Shown here one piece after another: positions 1-7,782 of a DNA stretch of 32,000 bases; the stretch's first letter is position 1, and every line of letters begins with the position of its first letter. A program made the translations under genes and the position numbers. Below the pieces are notes generated by a model that searched no databases, was not told the DNA's origin, and saw nothing but the letters and a program-made list of their open reading frames with translations. This DNA comes from Copranaerobaculum intestinale (lineage in GTDB: Bacteria; Bacillota_I; Bacilli_A; Erysipelotrichales; Erysipelotrichaceae), in assembly GCF_009831105.1 (NCBI RefSeq), contig NZ_WUUQ01000002.1, positions 480,001-512,000 of the forward strand. The letters are read 5' to 3'.

Positions 1-461
1 CGATGTTGAGTGCCTTAGCGATTCTGTTTCATATGATTGAAGCTATGATTCCGATTCCGCTGCCAATTCCCGGTTTTAAATTGGGGCTTGCCAATATCGT
101 AGGACTGATCGCATTATATCGGTTTGACGGAAAGGCAATGCTTCTGGTAAATGTTCTGCGAGTGCTGATTGCATCGCTGCTCCGAGGCATTATCTTCGGC
201 ACCCCCTTCTGGCTGTCGATAACCGGTGTGCTGTTAAGCAGCTTTTTGGCAATCTGGGCAAAAAAGCATACACCGCTCAGTGTATATGGTGTAAGCATGG
301 TTGCGAGCGTTTTTCACTGCATTGGGCAGATGATTGCAGTGACGTTTATTTATCAGCAGTACCTGATGGGGGCCTTATTGCCGCTGCTCATGGTGCTTTC
401 GATTCCAACCGGCATCCTGATCGGATATCTTGCTGATCAGGTACAAAGACGTATCGCATAG
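1..461 (+). CDS. Gx transporter family membrane protein (heptaprenyl diphosphate synthase component I-like); probably 5'-truncated by the window edge
   Basis: The frame is open to the window edge (ORF 3..461). It is a polytopic hydrophobic protein. The segments IPIPLPIPGFKLGLANIV and VASVFHCIGQM match my recollection of the Hpre_diP_synt_I / Gx transporter family. The true N-terminus likely lies upstream of the window. Confidence 0.65.
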   Translation, partial: MLSALAILFHMIEAMIPIPLPIPGFKLGLANIVGLIALYRFDGKAMLLVNVLRVLIASLLRGIIFGTPFWLSITGVLLSSFLAIWAKKHTPLSVYGVSMVASVFHCIGQMIAVTFIYQQYLMGALLPLLMVLSIPTGILIGYLADQVQRRIA

Positions 462-478
462 GGTAAGGAGAGATAACA

Positions 479-733
479 ATGACAACATTCACATATAGAC
501 CAAAGGGTGTATGTTCACAGGAAATGGTTTTTGAGATTGAGGACGACCGTATCATGAATGTTAAGATCGTGGGCGGATGCCAGGGGAATTTACTGGGAAT
601 ATCAAATATTATTAAGGGAAAAACATTGGAAGAGGTAATTTCATCATTTGAAGGTGTTGAATGCGGAAGCAAGAAAACATCCTGTCCTGATCAGATTGCA
701 AGAGCGCTGCGGCAGTACAAGCAGGGAGTTTAG
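479..733 (+). CDS. TIGR03905-type stand-alone TSCPD domain protein
   Basis: An 84-aa ORF with AAGGAGAG a few nt upstream of the ATG. It contains the literal TSCPD motif (KKTSCPDQIA) and GGCQGN, as in small 4-Cys TSCPD proteins. Confidence 0.8.
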   Translation: MTTFTYRPKGVCSQEMVFEIEDDRIMNVKIVGGCQGNLLGISNIIKGKTLEEVISSFEGVECGSKKTSCPDQIARALRQYKQGV

Positions 734-779
734 GATCGGGAAACGCTTGCCCATAAGGGGTAATGTATTAAAATGACTG

Positions 780-807
780 AAAATAGGCCTTTTGGCCTAT
801 TTTTTTA
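780..807 (+). terminator. Rho-independent terminator (AATAGGCC-TTTT-GGCCTATT followed by a T run)
   Basis: Perfect 8-10 bp stem (782-789 / 794-801) with a TTTT loop and a T7 run to 807. An A tract lies upstream. It sits 7 nt before the SD of the ABC exporter gene. Confidence 0.75.
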
Positions 808-827
808 TAAATGTAAGGAGGGAATGT

Positions 828-2612
828 ATGGAGAAGTTAAGATTTATTATGCAGTATGCGAAACCGCAGCAGAAGCGCTTGCTTACGATTTTTTTGTATG
901 TGTTGTTGTATGCTGGTTTCATGCTGATTGCACCGCTGATTATCAGCTTTATGGTGGATTCCGCAATCAATGGTCTGCCGATTCAGTATGCCTGGCTGGA
1001 AACGGCAGTGCGATCAATCGGCGGCACAGCTTATCTGAGAGAAAATCTGTGGATCGGCGCTGTTATCATTTTCATCGTGTATGTTGTGATTGCGTTTGCA
1101 CTGTATAAGCGCGGTGTAGATTGCGGTATCATCGGCGAGACCTTTGCCAAGAATATTCGCGATGCGATGTATGACCACTTGCAGAAGCTGCCGTTTTCCT
1201 ACCATAAGTCGCGTGACAGCGGCGATCTGATCCAGCGAAGCACATCGGATATTGAACAGGTACGGCGTTTTTTAGGAACCCAGATATCGGAAATGATGTA
1301 TGCGATTCTGATCGTTTTGGTCGCCGCCTGCATCCTGTATTCGATTCATCCGAAGCTAATGCTGCTGTCGGTCATGGTCATGCCGTTTTTGGTGCTGGCA
1401 TCACTGCTGTTCTTCACCAAGGCCAAGCGGATATTTCTAAGCTGTGACTGGGCCGAGAGCGAAATGACAACAGTGCTGCAGGAAAATTTGAATGCAACCC
1501 GCGTCGTGAAAGCTTTTAACCGCGAGTTGTTTGAAATCGATAAGTTTGAAAAAGCAAATGAGAAGTTTCGTCAAAAGCTCTGTGAGCTGTTGAATGCTCT
1601 GGCGCTGTTTTGGGGCTCTACCGATTTTCTGTGTACCGGACAGATTTTGGTAATGATTTATTTTGGGATTCAGTTTGCCCAGCAGGGGACGCTCAGTGCC
1701 GGGAATTTCTTTGTTTTTCTGACCTATGAAGGCATGATTATCTGGCCGATGCGTCAGTTGGGCAGAATCATTGCCGATATGGGTAAGGTATCGGTAGCGA
1801 TAACCCGCATCAAAGAGGTGCTCGATGAACCGAGCGAGGATCTGACGACCGGGCTTACGCCTGAGGTAAAAGGCCATATTGAATTTAAACATGTAAGCTT
1901 TCAATATGAAGATGGGGATGCCCATACGCTTCATGATATTAATTTCTCGATCGAGCCGAAGCAAACCGTTGCGATCATGGGGCCGACCGGATCAGGAAAA
2001 TCATCGCTGGTGCATCTGCTGACGCGAATTTATGATTACAATGAAGGCTCGATTCTGGTTGACGGCGTGGAGCTTCGGACAATCTCAAAGGCTTGGATTC
2101 GCAAGCAGATCAGTATTGTGCTGCAGGAGCCGTTTCTTTTTTCCAAATCTATTTATGATAATATCGCTTTGGCAAAGCGGGGAGCCTCAGCGAGTGATGT
2201 TAAGCGGGCAGCGAAGCTGGCAAGCATTCACGATGTGATCGAAACCTTTGATCAAGGCTATGATACAGAGGTCGGCGAGCGTGGTGTTACACTGTCGGGA
2301 GGACAGAAACAGCGTATTGCGATTGCCCGAACGATTATCAATGAATCTCCGATTGTGATTTTTGATGATTCGCTTAGTGCTTTGGATACCAAAACCGATG
2401 CAAATATACAGGAAGCATTAAAAACCATCAGTGCCGATATGACGATGCTGATCATTACGCATCGTGTAAATTCAGCCCGCGGAGCAGATAAGATCATCGT
2501 CCTGGATGAGGGCAGAATAGCTCAGATCGGAACGCATGAGGAATTGGTTCATCAAGAAGGACTGTATAAAAAAATCCATGATATACAAAATGAAGGGAGG
2601 GATGAAGCATGA
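828..2612 (+). CDS. ABC exporter permease/ATPase fusion, subunit 1 of a heterodimer (MdlA/BmrC/TM287-like)
   Basis: The ORF track starts at TTG 792. I prefer ATG 828, which has AAGGAGG at 815-821. The N-terminal half is a TM domain and the C-terminal half is an NBD. Motifs: Walker A GPTGSGKSS, signature LSGGQKQR, Walker B IVIFDD (Asp where the catalytic Glu normally sits), H-loop ITHR. Confidence 0.92.
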   Translation: MEKLRFIMQYAKPQQKRLLTIFLYVLLYAGFMLIAPLIISFMVDSAINGLPIQYAWLETAVRSIGGTAYLRENLWIGAVIIFIVYVVIAFALYKRGVDCGIIGETFAKNIRDAMYDHLQKLPFSYHKSRDSGDLIQRSTSDIEQVRRFLGTQISEMMYAILIVLVAACILYSIHPKLMLLSVMVMPFLVLASLLFFTKAKRIFLSCDWAESEMTTVLQENLNATRVVKAFNRELFEIDKFEKANEKFRQKLCELLNALALFWGSTDFLCTGQILVMIYFGIQFAQQGTLSAGNFFVFLTYEGMIIWPMRQLGRIIADMGKVSVAITRIKEVLDEPSEDLTTGLTPEVKGHIEFKHVSFQYEDGDAHTLHDINFSIEPKQTVAIMGPTGSGKSSLVHLLTRIYDYNEGSILVDGVELRTISKAWIRKQISIVLQEPFLFSKSIYDNIALAKRGASASDVKRAAKLASIHDVIETFDQGYDTEVGERGVTLSGGQKQRIAIARTIINESPIVIFDDSLSALDTKTDANIQEALKTISADMTMLIITHRVNSARGADKIIVLDEGRIAQIGTHEELVHQEGLYKKIHDIQNEGRDEA

Positions 2613-4450
2613 GCGAACGGGTCATGAAGGAACAAGAGTTTTACACCGATACAATGGATCGCAAGCTATGGGGTAAAATTATCCGGCTGCTGATGGAGCA
2701 TAAGCGTCAGATGACCTGGCTTGCGGTATTCATGATCATATCTGCATTGTTGGATGTGCTGGTGCCGCTCTTAAATAAATATGCGATTGATACGTATGTG
2801 ACGAATCATGAAAGCTTAAAATCGCTGCCGTTGTTTATCGGCATTTATCTGGGTGCGATCACCCTGCAGTGTCTGGATGTCTATCTGTTTTTCAGACAGG
2901 CCGGTTGGATGGAGAGCACTTTTGGTAAAAATTTGCGTGATAAAGCTTTCCGTAAGCTGCAGAATTTGTCCTTCAGTTATTTTGATAAGACCAGCAACGG
3001 CTGGTTAATGGCGCGGCTGACCGGGGATACGGCGCGCTTGGCGGAGATCATGGCCTGGTCGATCGTCGATCTGGTTTGGGGCTTTGTGGTGATGTTTGGC
3101 ATCGTTATCGTCATGTTAATTGTGAACTGGCAGCTGGCACTCATTGTGTTGGTAATCGTACCGCCCCTGTATTTGATTTCATTATTTTTTCAGCGCCGCA
3201 TATTAGCGGCGCATCGACAGACGCGTAAGATCAACTCACAAATAACGGCCGGCTTTGCGGAAGGTATCAACGGTGCCAAAACCACAAAGACGCTGGTGCT
3301 GGAGAATAATAACTTTGAAAGCTTTCAGGATATCACCGGAAGCATGAAGCATTATTCTATTAGGGCTGCCCGTATCAATGCGGTGTTTCAGCCTATTGTA
3401 TTTTTGCTTAGTGCTATCGTTATCGGAGCTTTGCTGACGATCGGCGGTAATCAGATTCTGTTGAAGGCAATCCCTTTTGGAACGCTTACGCTGTTCATCC
3501 AATATGCGAATTTATTCTTTGATCCGCTGAAGCAGGTAGCACGGATCATGGCGGAGCTGCAAATGGCACAGGCTTCCGCGGAGCGAATTGTCGGGCTGTT
3601 GGAAGAGCCGGTTGCGATTGTTGATCGGGAAGATGTCATTGAGCGCTATGGTACTTTGATGGAGCCAAAAAGCAATCAATATGAGAAGATTGACGGTAAT
3701 GTAAAGTTTGATCACCTTAACTTTCACTATTATAAAGAAGAACCGGTGTTAAAGGACTTCTGCTTGGATGTGAAAAAGGGTGAAATGATCGCTTTGGTCG
3801 GTGAGACCGGAAGTGGAAAAAGCACCATTGTCAATCTGCTGTGCCGTTTCTATGAACCGATCAGCGGTCAGATATTGATTGATGGCTTGGATTATCGAGA
3901 GCGTTCTATCGGCTGGCTTCATGCTCAGATCGGTTATGTACTTCAGTCTCCGACCTTATTCAGCGGAACGATCAAAGATAATATCCGCTATGGTAAGCTG
4001 GATGCTACAGATGAAGAAATAGAACACGTTGCCAAGGTAGTGAATGCTCATCATTTTATTATGAAGATGGATAAGGGATATGACAGTGATATCGGAGAAG
4101 CCGGAGAACGGCTTTCAACCGGTGAAAAGCAGCTGATATCCTTTGCCCGCGCGATTATCGCGGATCCCAGCATCGTCATCCTGGATGAGGCAACCAGTTC
4201 GATCGATACGCAGAGTGAACGAATTATTCAGGATGCGATCGGTAAGCTTCTGGAAGGCCGTACCAGTTTTGTCGTAGCACATCGTTTATCGACAATCGTA
4301 CATGCGGACAAAATACTGGTTATGCAGTACGGAGAAATTGTTGAACAGGGTACCCATGAGGAACTGCTGGCAAAACACGGTTATTATTATGAATTGTATA
4401 CCAATCAGTATCGTGAGGAGCAGCAAGGCAAGCTGCTGAAAAAGTCCTGA
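2609..4450 (+). CDS. ABC exporter permease/ATPase fusion, subunit 2 of a heterodimer (MdlB/BmrD/TM288-like)
   Basis: ATGA stop/start overlap with the previous gene. Motifs: Walker A GETGSGKST, deviant signature LSTGEKQL, canonical Walker B IVILDEATS, H-loop VAHRL. Confidence 0.92.
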   Translation: MSERVMKEQEFYTDTMDRKLWGKIIRLLMEHKRQMTWLAVFMIISALLDVLVPLLNKYAIDTYVTNHESLKSLPLFIGIYLGAITLQCLDVYLFFRQAGWMESTFGKNLRDKAFRKLQNLSFSYFDKTSNGWLMARLTGDTARLAEIMAWSIVDLVWGFVVMFGIVIVMLIVNWQLALIVLVIVPPLYLISLFFQRRILAAHRQTRKINSQITAGFAEGINGAKTTKTLVLENNNFESFQDITGSMKHYSIRAARINAVFQPIVFLLSAIVIGALLTIGGNQILLKAIPFGTLTLFIQYANLFFDPLKQVARIMAELQMAQASAERIVGLLEEPVAIVDREDVIERYGTLMEPKSNQYEKIDGNVKFDHLNFHYYKEEPVLKDFCLDVKKGEMIALVGETGSGKSTIVNLLCRFYEPISGQILIDGLDYRERSIGWLHAQIGYVLQSPTLFSGTIKDNIRYGKLDATDEEIEHVAKVVNAHHFIMKMDKGYDSDIGEAGERLSTGEKQLISFARAIIADPSIVILDEATSSIDTQSERIIQDAIGKLLEGRTSFVVAHRLSTIVHADKILVMQYGEIVEQGTHEELLAKHGYYYELYTNQYREEQQGKLLKKS

Positions 4451-4459
4451 TTGTAGGTT

Positions 4460-4486
4460 AAAATGATTATGTTCAGATATCATTTT
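4460..4486 (+). terminator. Weak hairpin after the ABC exporter pair (AAAATGAT-11 nt-ATCATTTT)
   Basis: 8-bp A/T-rich stem with a large loop. The T run is part of the stem. Only a weak terminator candidate. Confidence 0.25.
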
Positions 4487-4606
4487 GAAAGTCTGTGTGC
4501 TGATTATCCGATTGAGAGATAAAAATTGGGAAGGAAACTTAGTGTTCTTCTCAATAAAATCAGATCGATGGATGAAACAAAATTATGAGATCAAATTGAT
4601 AGGGCA

Positions 4607-4615
4607 TGGTATAAT
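4607..4615 (+). promoter_or_regulatory. Extended -10 promoter element (TGgTATAAT) for the dUTPase gene
   Basis: TG at 4607-4608 and TATAAT at 4610-4615. There is no good -35. The SD GAGAGGTG and ATG 4636 lie downstream. Confidence 0.4.
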
Positions 4616-4635
4616 TCATGCGAGAGGTGTTAAAT

Positions 4636-5127
4636 ATGGAATGCAAAATTAATGATTTATATGAATTGCAGGAAGCACTGGATGACCGTATTTTTGAACA
4701 GCATGGTGTAACCAGAGCGGATACGATGACCCGCCGGCAATTAGCTTTGCTCGTTGAAATCAGCGAGCTGGCAAATGAAACCCGCTGTTTTAAATTCTGG
4801 TCGAACAAAGGACCGAGTGCTCAGGATGTCATCCTCGAGGAATATGCTGACGGTATTCACTTTCTGTTATCACTTGGGATCGATCTTAAAGACGATAGCG
4901 AGTCACTTTCCGCAATGGAAATTGAAGGCTCAAAGCATGAAGCTTTTTTGATGATCTACGAGCTGGCAAATGAATTCTTCAAGCATTGCTCTCTTAAGTC
5001 CTATCATACTTTGTTTGAAGCGTACTTGGGACTTGGGGTAAAATTAGGGCTTCATGCAGATATGATCCGTGAATATTATTTTAAGAAAAATCAAAAAAAT
5101 CATGATCGGCAGAATGCTAACTATTGA
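4636..5127 (+). CDS. Dimeric all-alpha dUTP diphosphatase (dUTPase_2 family)
   Basis: The ORF track starts at 4618. ATG 4636 has SD GAGAGGTG. LALLVEISELANETRCFKFWS and EEYADGIHFLLSLG match my recollection of the dimeric dUTPase family. Confidence 0.8.
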   Translation: MECKINDLYELQEALDDRIFEQHGVTRADTMTRRQLALLVEISELANETRCFKFWSNKGPSAQDVILEEYADGIHFLLSLGIDLKDDSESLSAMEIEGSKHEAFLMIYELANEFFKHCSLKSYHTLFEAYLGLGVKLGLHADMIREYYFKKNQKNHDRQNANY

Positions 5128-5134
5128 GAGTATA

Positions 5135-5172
5135 AAAAGATAACATGTTATGGCTCATGTTATCTTTTTTTA
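5135..5172 (+). terminator. Rho-independent terminator
   Basis: 13-bp perfect stem AAAAGATAACATG / CATGTTATCTTTT (5135-5147 / 5156-5168), an 8-nt loop, then a T run. Confidence 0.85.
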
Positions 5173-5196
5173 TTTTCTGCTATATTTAATTATTTA

Positions 5197-5229
5197 GTAC
5201 TTGACAATACAAAGTACCGTGCGTATTAT
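5197..5229 (+). promoter_or_regulatory. Sigma-A-type promoter (TTGACA-17-TATTAT) overlapped by a 6-bp inverted repeat (GTACTT-9-AAGTAC); candidate PadR operator
   Basis: TTGACA at 5201-5206, TATTAT at 5224-5229, 17-nt spacer. The inverted repeat at 5197-5202 / 5212-5217 straddles the -35. Confidence 0.55.
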
Positions 5230-5247
5230 AATAGTGAGGTGAGGTGC

Positions 5248-5586
5248 ATGAACACACAATTTAAAAAGGGCGTGCTGGAACTCATCGTACTGTTATCTGT
5301 TAACAAAAAGGACATGTACGGATATGAACTTGTATCAGAGGTCAGTAAGGTTGTAGATGTGAATGAAGGAACCATTTATCCGCTGTTGAAACGACTGACC
5401 AACGAGAAGTATTTTGAAACCTACTTGGAGGAATCCAAAGAGGGACCGCCCCGAAAGTATTATCATCTGACCATATTGGGAAGGCGATACCAGAAGGAGC
5501 TGCTCCGTGAATGGAGCACCTTCTGTAAACAGGTAAATGAATTTATTAAGGAGAGTGAAGAATATGACGAAGCAGCAGTTTATTGA
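5248..5586 (+). CDS. PadR family transcriptional regulator
   Basis: ATG 5248 follows GAGGTGAGGTG. KKGVLELIVLLSV...MYGYEL...EGTIYPLLKRL...RKYYHLT is the classic PadR wHTH signature. Confidence 0.9.
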   Translation: MNTQFKKGVLELIVLLSVNKKDMYGYELVSEVSKVVDVNEGTIYPLLKRLTNEKYFETYLEESKEGPPRKYYHLTILGRRYQKELLREWSTFCKQVNEFIKESEEYDEAAVY

Positions 5587-6532
5587 TGAATTGAACCGTC
5601 GTCTTCAGATCATCAGTGAGAAAGAGCGAAAAGATATTATTGATGAATATTGCAATCACATTGATATGAGAATGGCGGAGGGGAAAAGTGAAGAGGAAGC
5701 AATAGAGGATTTCGGTGATATTGATGAATTGATTTCTGATATTCTGGATGCGTATAAAATTAATACGAAAAGTATGCAGGATGAAACCTTTGAAGGAAAG
5801 ATGAACCGCTTCCTGGATGATTTATTTGAAGGGCTCAAGAAAATTGTTTCCCATTTTACGTCCTTGGATATGGATGGGGTTGTTCATCTATTGTTTGAAT
5901 TGTTCATAACATTGATTATTCTGGCTGTGCTTCGCTGGCCATTTGAATTAATAGCCGATCTTGGTGACAGTTTGCTGGATTCGGTTTTCGGCTTTGGCAT
6001 CGGCAGCTTCTTCGGTGGATTGTGGCACGCGGTGGTAATGATTATTTTCATTGTTTTGTGTATCGTTGTGATCATTAATATTTTTGCCAAACGTGTAAGC
6101 CATTATCGGCACCGAGAACATGATGGAAAAACAGTAATCGATGATTTAAAAGAGAGTTTCTCTTTTGAACAAGCGAAGGAAAATATTCATAATATGAGCA
6201 ATGAAAAAGAGGCAGAAGCGGGAGCGGCCCATGAGAAGATGTATCATGAACGACAGCCGTATGATGACAAGGATGACCGCACGACTTACCGTTATCGCGA
6301 TAGCTCCGCAAATTCAGCTGTATCCATTCTTATCAAGATATTTGCGGTTCTCTGTATGATCCCTTTGATTGGCATTATGGTCGGTCTTTCGATTCTGCTG
6401 GCGATCATGGTCGTTTGCAGTGTGCAGGGCTTTACAATGGTTGGAGCTTATCTGATCGTGATCGGACTTATGATCGGTGATGGAGCGGTGATTGATCTTA
6501 TCAGCAGCTTTGCCTTCAAGGGAGGGAAATAA
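5564..6532 (+). CDS. DUF1700 (HAAS-like) domain membrane protein, PadR partner
   Basis: ATG 5564 follows AAGGAGAG and overlaps the padR 3' end. The N-terminus MTKQQFIDELNRRLQ...ERKDIIDEY..H......G.SEEEAIEDFGD is typical of DUF1700. Hydrophobic helices follow, separated by a His/Asp/Arg-rich loop. Confidence 0.8.
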   Translation: MTKQQFIDELNRRLQIISEKERKDIIDEYCNHIDMRMAEGKSEEEAIEDFGDIDELISDILDAYKINTKSMQDETFEGKMNRFLDDLFEGLKKIVSHFTSLDMDGVVHLLFELFITLIILAVLRWPFELIADLGDSLLDSVFGFGIGSFFGGLWHAVVMIIFIVLCIVVIINIFAKRVSHYRHREHDGKTVIDDLKESFSFEQAKENIHNMSNEKEAEAGAAHEKMYHERQPYDDKDDRTTYRYRDSSANSAVSILIKIFAVLCMIPLIGIMVGLSILLAIMVVCSVQGFTMVGAYLIVIGLMIGDGAVIDLISSFAFKGGK

Positions 6533-6533
6533 T

Positions 6534-6995
6534 ATGAAGAAATTTCTGATTTCCATAATTGTTTCCATCGTCATGGTAACGGCCGGCGCGATGACTTTCT
6601 TTTTTGAATTGAGTGATTTTGAAATTGTTGAAGGAAAAGATTTTACACCGTATGAAGAAAGTGCAATGAAGAGCACTACACTGAATGTGAAGGATGCGCC
6701 GATCATCATTGACAGCGATGACTATCTGAATATCGAATGGCGCTATGATGACAGCATGAAGGATGAAGTAAAGATCATGACCAGTCCATATCTTTCCATG
6801 GATCGTCATAATAATTATATCAATATAAATACTCGGCACTACTCCTTCAAGGATGCGGTAAAAATCGGAGAATATATCCTGAACGGTTTGAAGAAACATG
6901 AGATTCGTATTCATGATCACGATCATTATGGTTTTACTGAGGTGATCATTATCTGTTCCAAGGACAATATGTCCAATATCGTTATCAACGATTGA
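6534..6995 (+). CDS. Hypothetical membrane-anchored protein (single N-terminal TM, beta-rich ectodomain), third gene of the PadR module
   Basis: ATG 6534 follows AGGGAGGGAAAT and lies 1 nt after the previous stop. The N-terminal TM is MKKFLISIIVSIVMVTAGAMTFFF. I recognise no family motif. Confidence 0.65.
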   Translation: MKKFLISIIVSIVMVTAGAMTFFFELSDFEIVEGKDFTPYEESAMKSTTLNVKDAPIIIDSDDYLNIEWRYDDSMKDEVKIMTSPYLSMDRHNNYININTRHYSFKDAVKIGEYILNGLKKHEIRIHDHDHYGFTEVIIICSKDNMSNIVIND

Positions 6996-7021
6996 TGTAA
7001 CAAGTTTTCAGTATATATGAT

Positions 7022-7058
7022 AAAATATTTCAATTTTGTATTGAAATATTTTTCTTTA
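7022..7058 (+). terminator. A/T-rich hairpin (12-bp stem AAAATATTTCAA / TTGAAATATTTT) followed by T-rich sequence; possible terminator of the PadR operon
   Basis: Perfect inverted repeat 7022-7033 / 7041-7052 with a 7-nt loop, followed by TCTTT. The stem is almost entirely A/T, so it is weak. It overlaps the -35 of the next promoter. Confidence 0.3.
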
Positions 7059-7068
7059 ATGATATAAT
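7041..7068 (+). promoter_or_regulatory. Promoter TTGAAA-16-TGaTATAAT (extended -10)
   Basis: TTGAAA at 7041-7046, TG at 7060-7061, TATAAT at 7063-7068. It is near-consensus and drives the short unit that ends at the 7190 terminator. Confidence 0.55.
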
Positions 7069-7074
7069 AAAGAC

Positions 7075-7190
7075 AGATTTCAAATAAGTTGCTTATTCGG
7101 ACGATGAATATAGCCATATTCATAACCTCCTTGTTCCTAATTTGTTTTGTATTGGTTCGATAAGTAACAGGCGCTTCGGCGCTTTTTTTA
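7075..7190 (+). ncRNA. Candidate ~115-nt small RNA or leader RNA with an exposed CCUCCUU motif
   Basis: It lies between a near-consensus promoter and a C(UUCG)G-tetraloop terminator (7169-7189, T7 run). It has two perfect hairpins: AATAAG-TTG-CTTATT at 7083-7097 and ATGAATAT-AGCC-ATATTCAT at 7104-7123. An unpaired AACCTCCTTGTTCC segment follows (7124-7137). There is no plausible + strand ORF. Confidence 0.35.
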
Positions 7191-7260
7191 TGGATTAGAG
7201 GTATATCTGGAAATTTTTCAGGTAAAATTAATTTGATAAGGCTAAAGTTATTCATAATTG

Positions 7261-7269
7261 TGATATAAT
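7261..7269 (+). promoter_or_regulatory. Extended -10 element TGaTATAAT upstream of lspA
   Basis: TGATATAAT at 7261-7269, 31 nt before ATG 7300. The nearest TTGATA (7233-7238) is 25 nt away, too far for a -35. Confidence 0.4.
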
Positions 7270-7299
7270 ATCTGATAGCTGAAAAGAAAGGTTGATCGT

Positions 7300-7782
7300 A
7301 TGAAGAAAAAGCACGCTGCAATACTCGTATTGCTGATTGTACTCGATCAGCTGTCAAAGATTCTGGTTGACAGCAAGCTTATGCTGGGACAGAGTATAAC
7401 GATTATCGATGACTTTTTTCATATTACATATGCACATAATACCGGAGCTGCTTGGAGCATGTTTGAAGGAAAAACGATATTTTTCTGTTTGATTGCCATA
7501 GCAGCGTTGGTTGTTATGTTTTATTTTTATCGAAATATGAAGCCGGAGGAAAAGCTGGTGCGCTGGGGCATCATTTTGATGATGGCCGGTACTGCTGGTA
7601 ACTTGATTGACCGCTTGGTTTATCAATATGTCCGGGACTTTTTGGATTTTATTATTTTCGGTTATGATTTTCCGATCTTTAACCTTGCGGATATGGCGTT
7701 ATGTATTGGGGTAGGGTTGATTATCCTCGATGTAGCGCTGGAATATTTTGAATCAATAGGAGCAATGAAACATCATGAGTGA
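7300..7782 (+). CDS. lspA: Lipoprotein signal peptidase II
   Basis: The motifs NTGAAWSMF, NLIDRL..YVRDFLDF and FPIFNLADMALCIG are the conserved LspA boxes, including both catalytic Asp regions. Confidence 0.93.
   Translation: MKKKHAAILVLLIVLDQLSKILVDSKLMLGQSITIIDDFFHITYAHNTGAAWSMFEGKTIFFCLIAIAALVVMFYFYRNMKPEEKLVRWGIILMMAGTAGNLIDRLVYQYVRDFLDFIIFGYDFPIFNLADMALCIGVGLIILDVALEYFESIGAMKHHE

Noticed and set aside
792-827. The TTG start at 792 given by the ORF track for the first ABC exporter gene.
   Set aside because: It would place the start codon inside the terminator stem-loop with no SD. ATG 828 has a consensus AAGGAGG at optimal spacing.
773-1108. A 111-aa + strand ORF that starts 8 nt before the terminator hairpin. 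It could be read as a leader peptide for attenuation of the ABC exporter.
   Set aside because: It overlaps the exporter gene out of frame for ~280 nt. It has only a weak, distant SD (AAGGGG, 12 nt), and its sequence looks like an out-of-frame shadow rather than a short leader peptide.
4604-4615. The recurring 12-mer GCATGGTATAAT at 4604-4615 and 17473-17484, with related TGGTATAAT / TGGTAAAAT / TGATATAAT motifs at 21618, 25393, 13319, 7060 and 7261. I considered it as a dispersed repeat or shared regulator site.
   Set aside because: It is just the extended -10 consensus (TGnTATAAT) of Firmicute sigma-A promoters, and nothing is conserved outside that core.
5537-5563. The upstream ATG 5537 for the DUF1700 protein. 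Similar N-terminal extensions occur at 4618, 5239, 6492, 13343, 21209, 25409 and 27119.
   Set aside because: In each case an internal ATG has a much better positioned SD, and the protein family N-terminus begins there, for example MTKQQFIDEL for DUF1700 and MNRHQLRELA for NusB.
6926-7123. A minus-strand 65-aa ORF (MNMAIFIVRISNLFEICLYYII...) preceded by a perfect AAGGAGG SD. It could be read as a type I toxin opposite the candidate sRNA.
   Set aside because: The SD is simply the complement of the + strand CCTCCTT motif. The ORF has no stop before the A/T hairpin and runs 70 nt into the convergent 6534-6995 gene. I find no minus-strand promoter in 7190-7300, and the terminator polarity (T run) fits the + strand. 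It is kept only as an alternative hypothesis under the sRNA finding.
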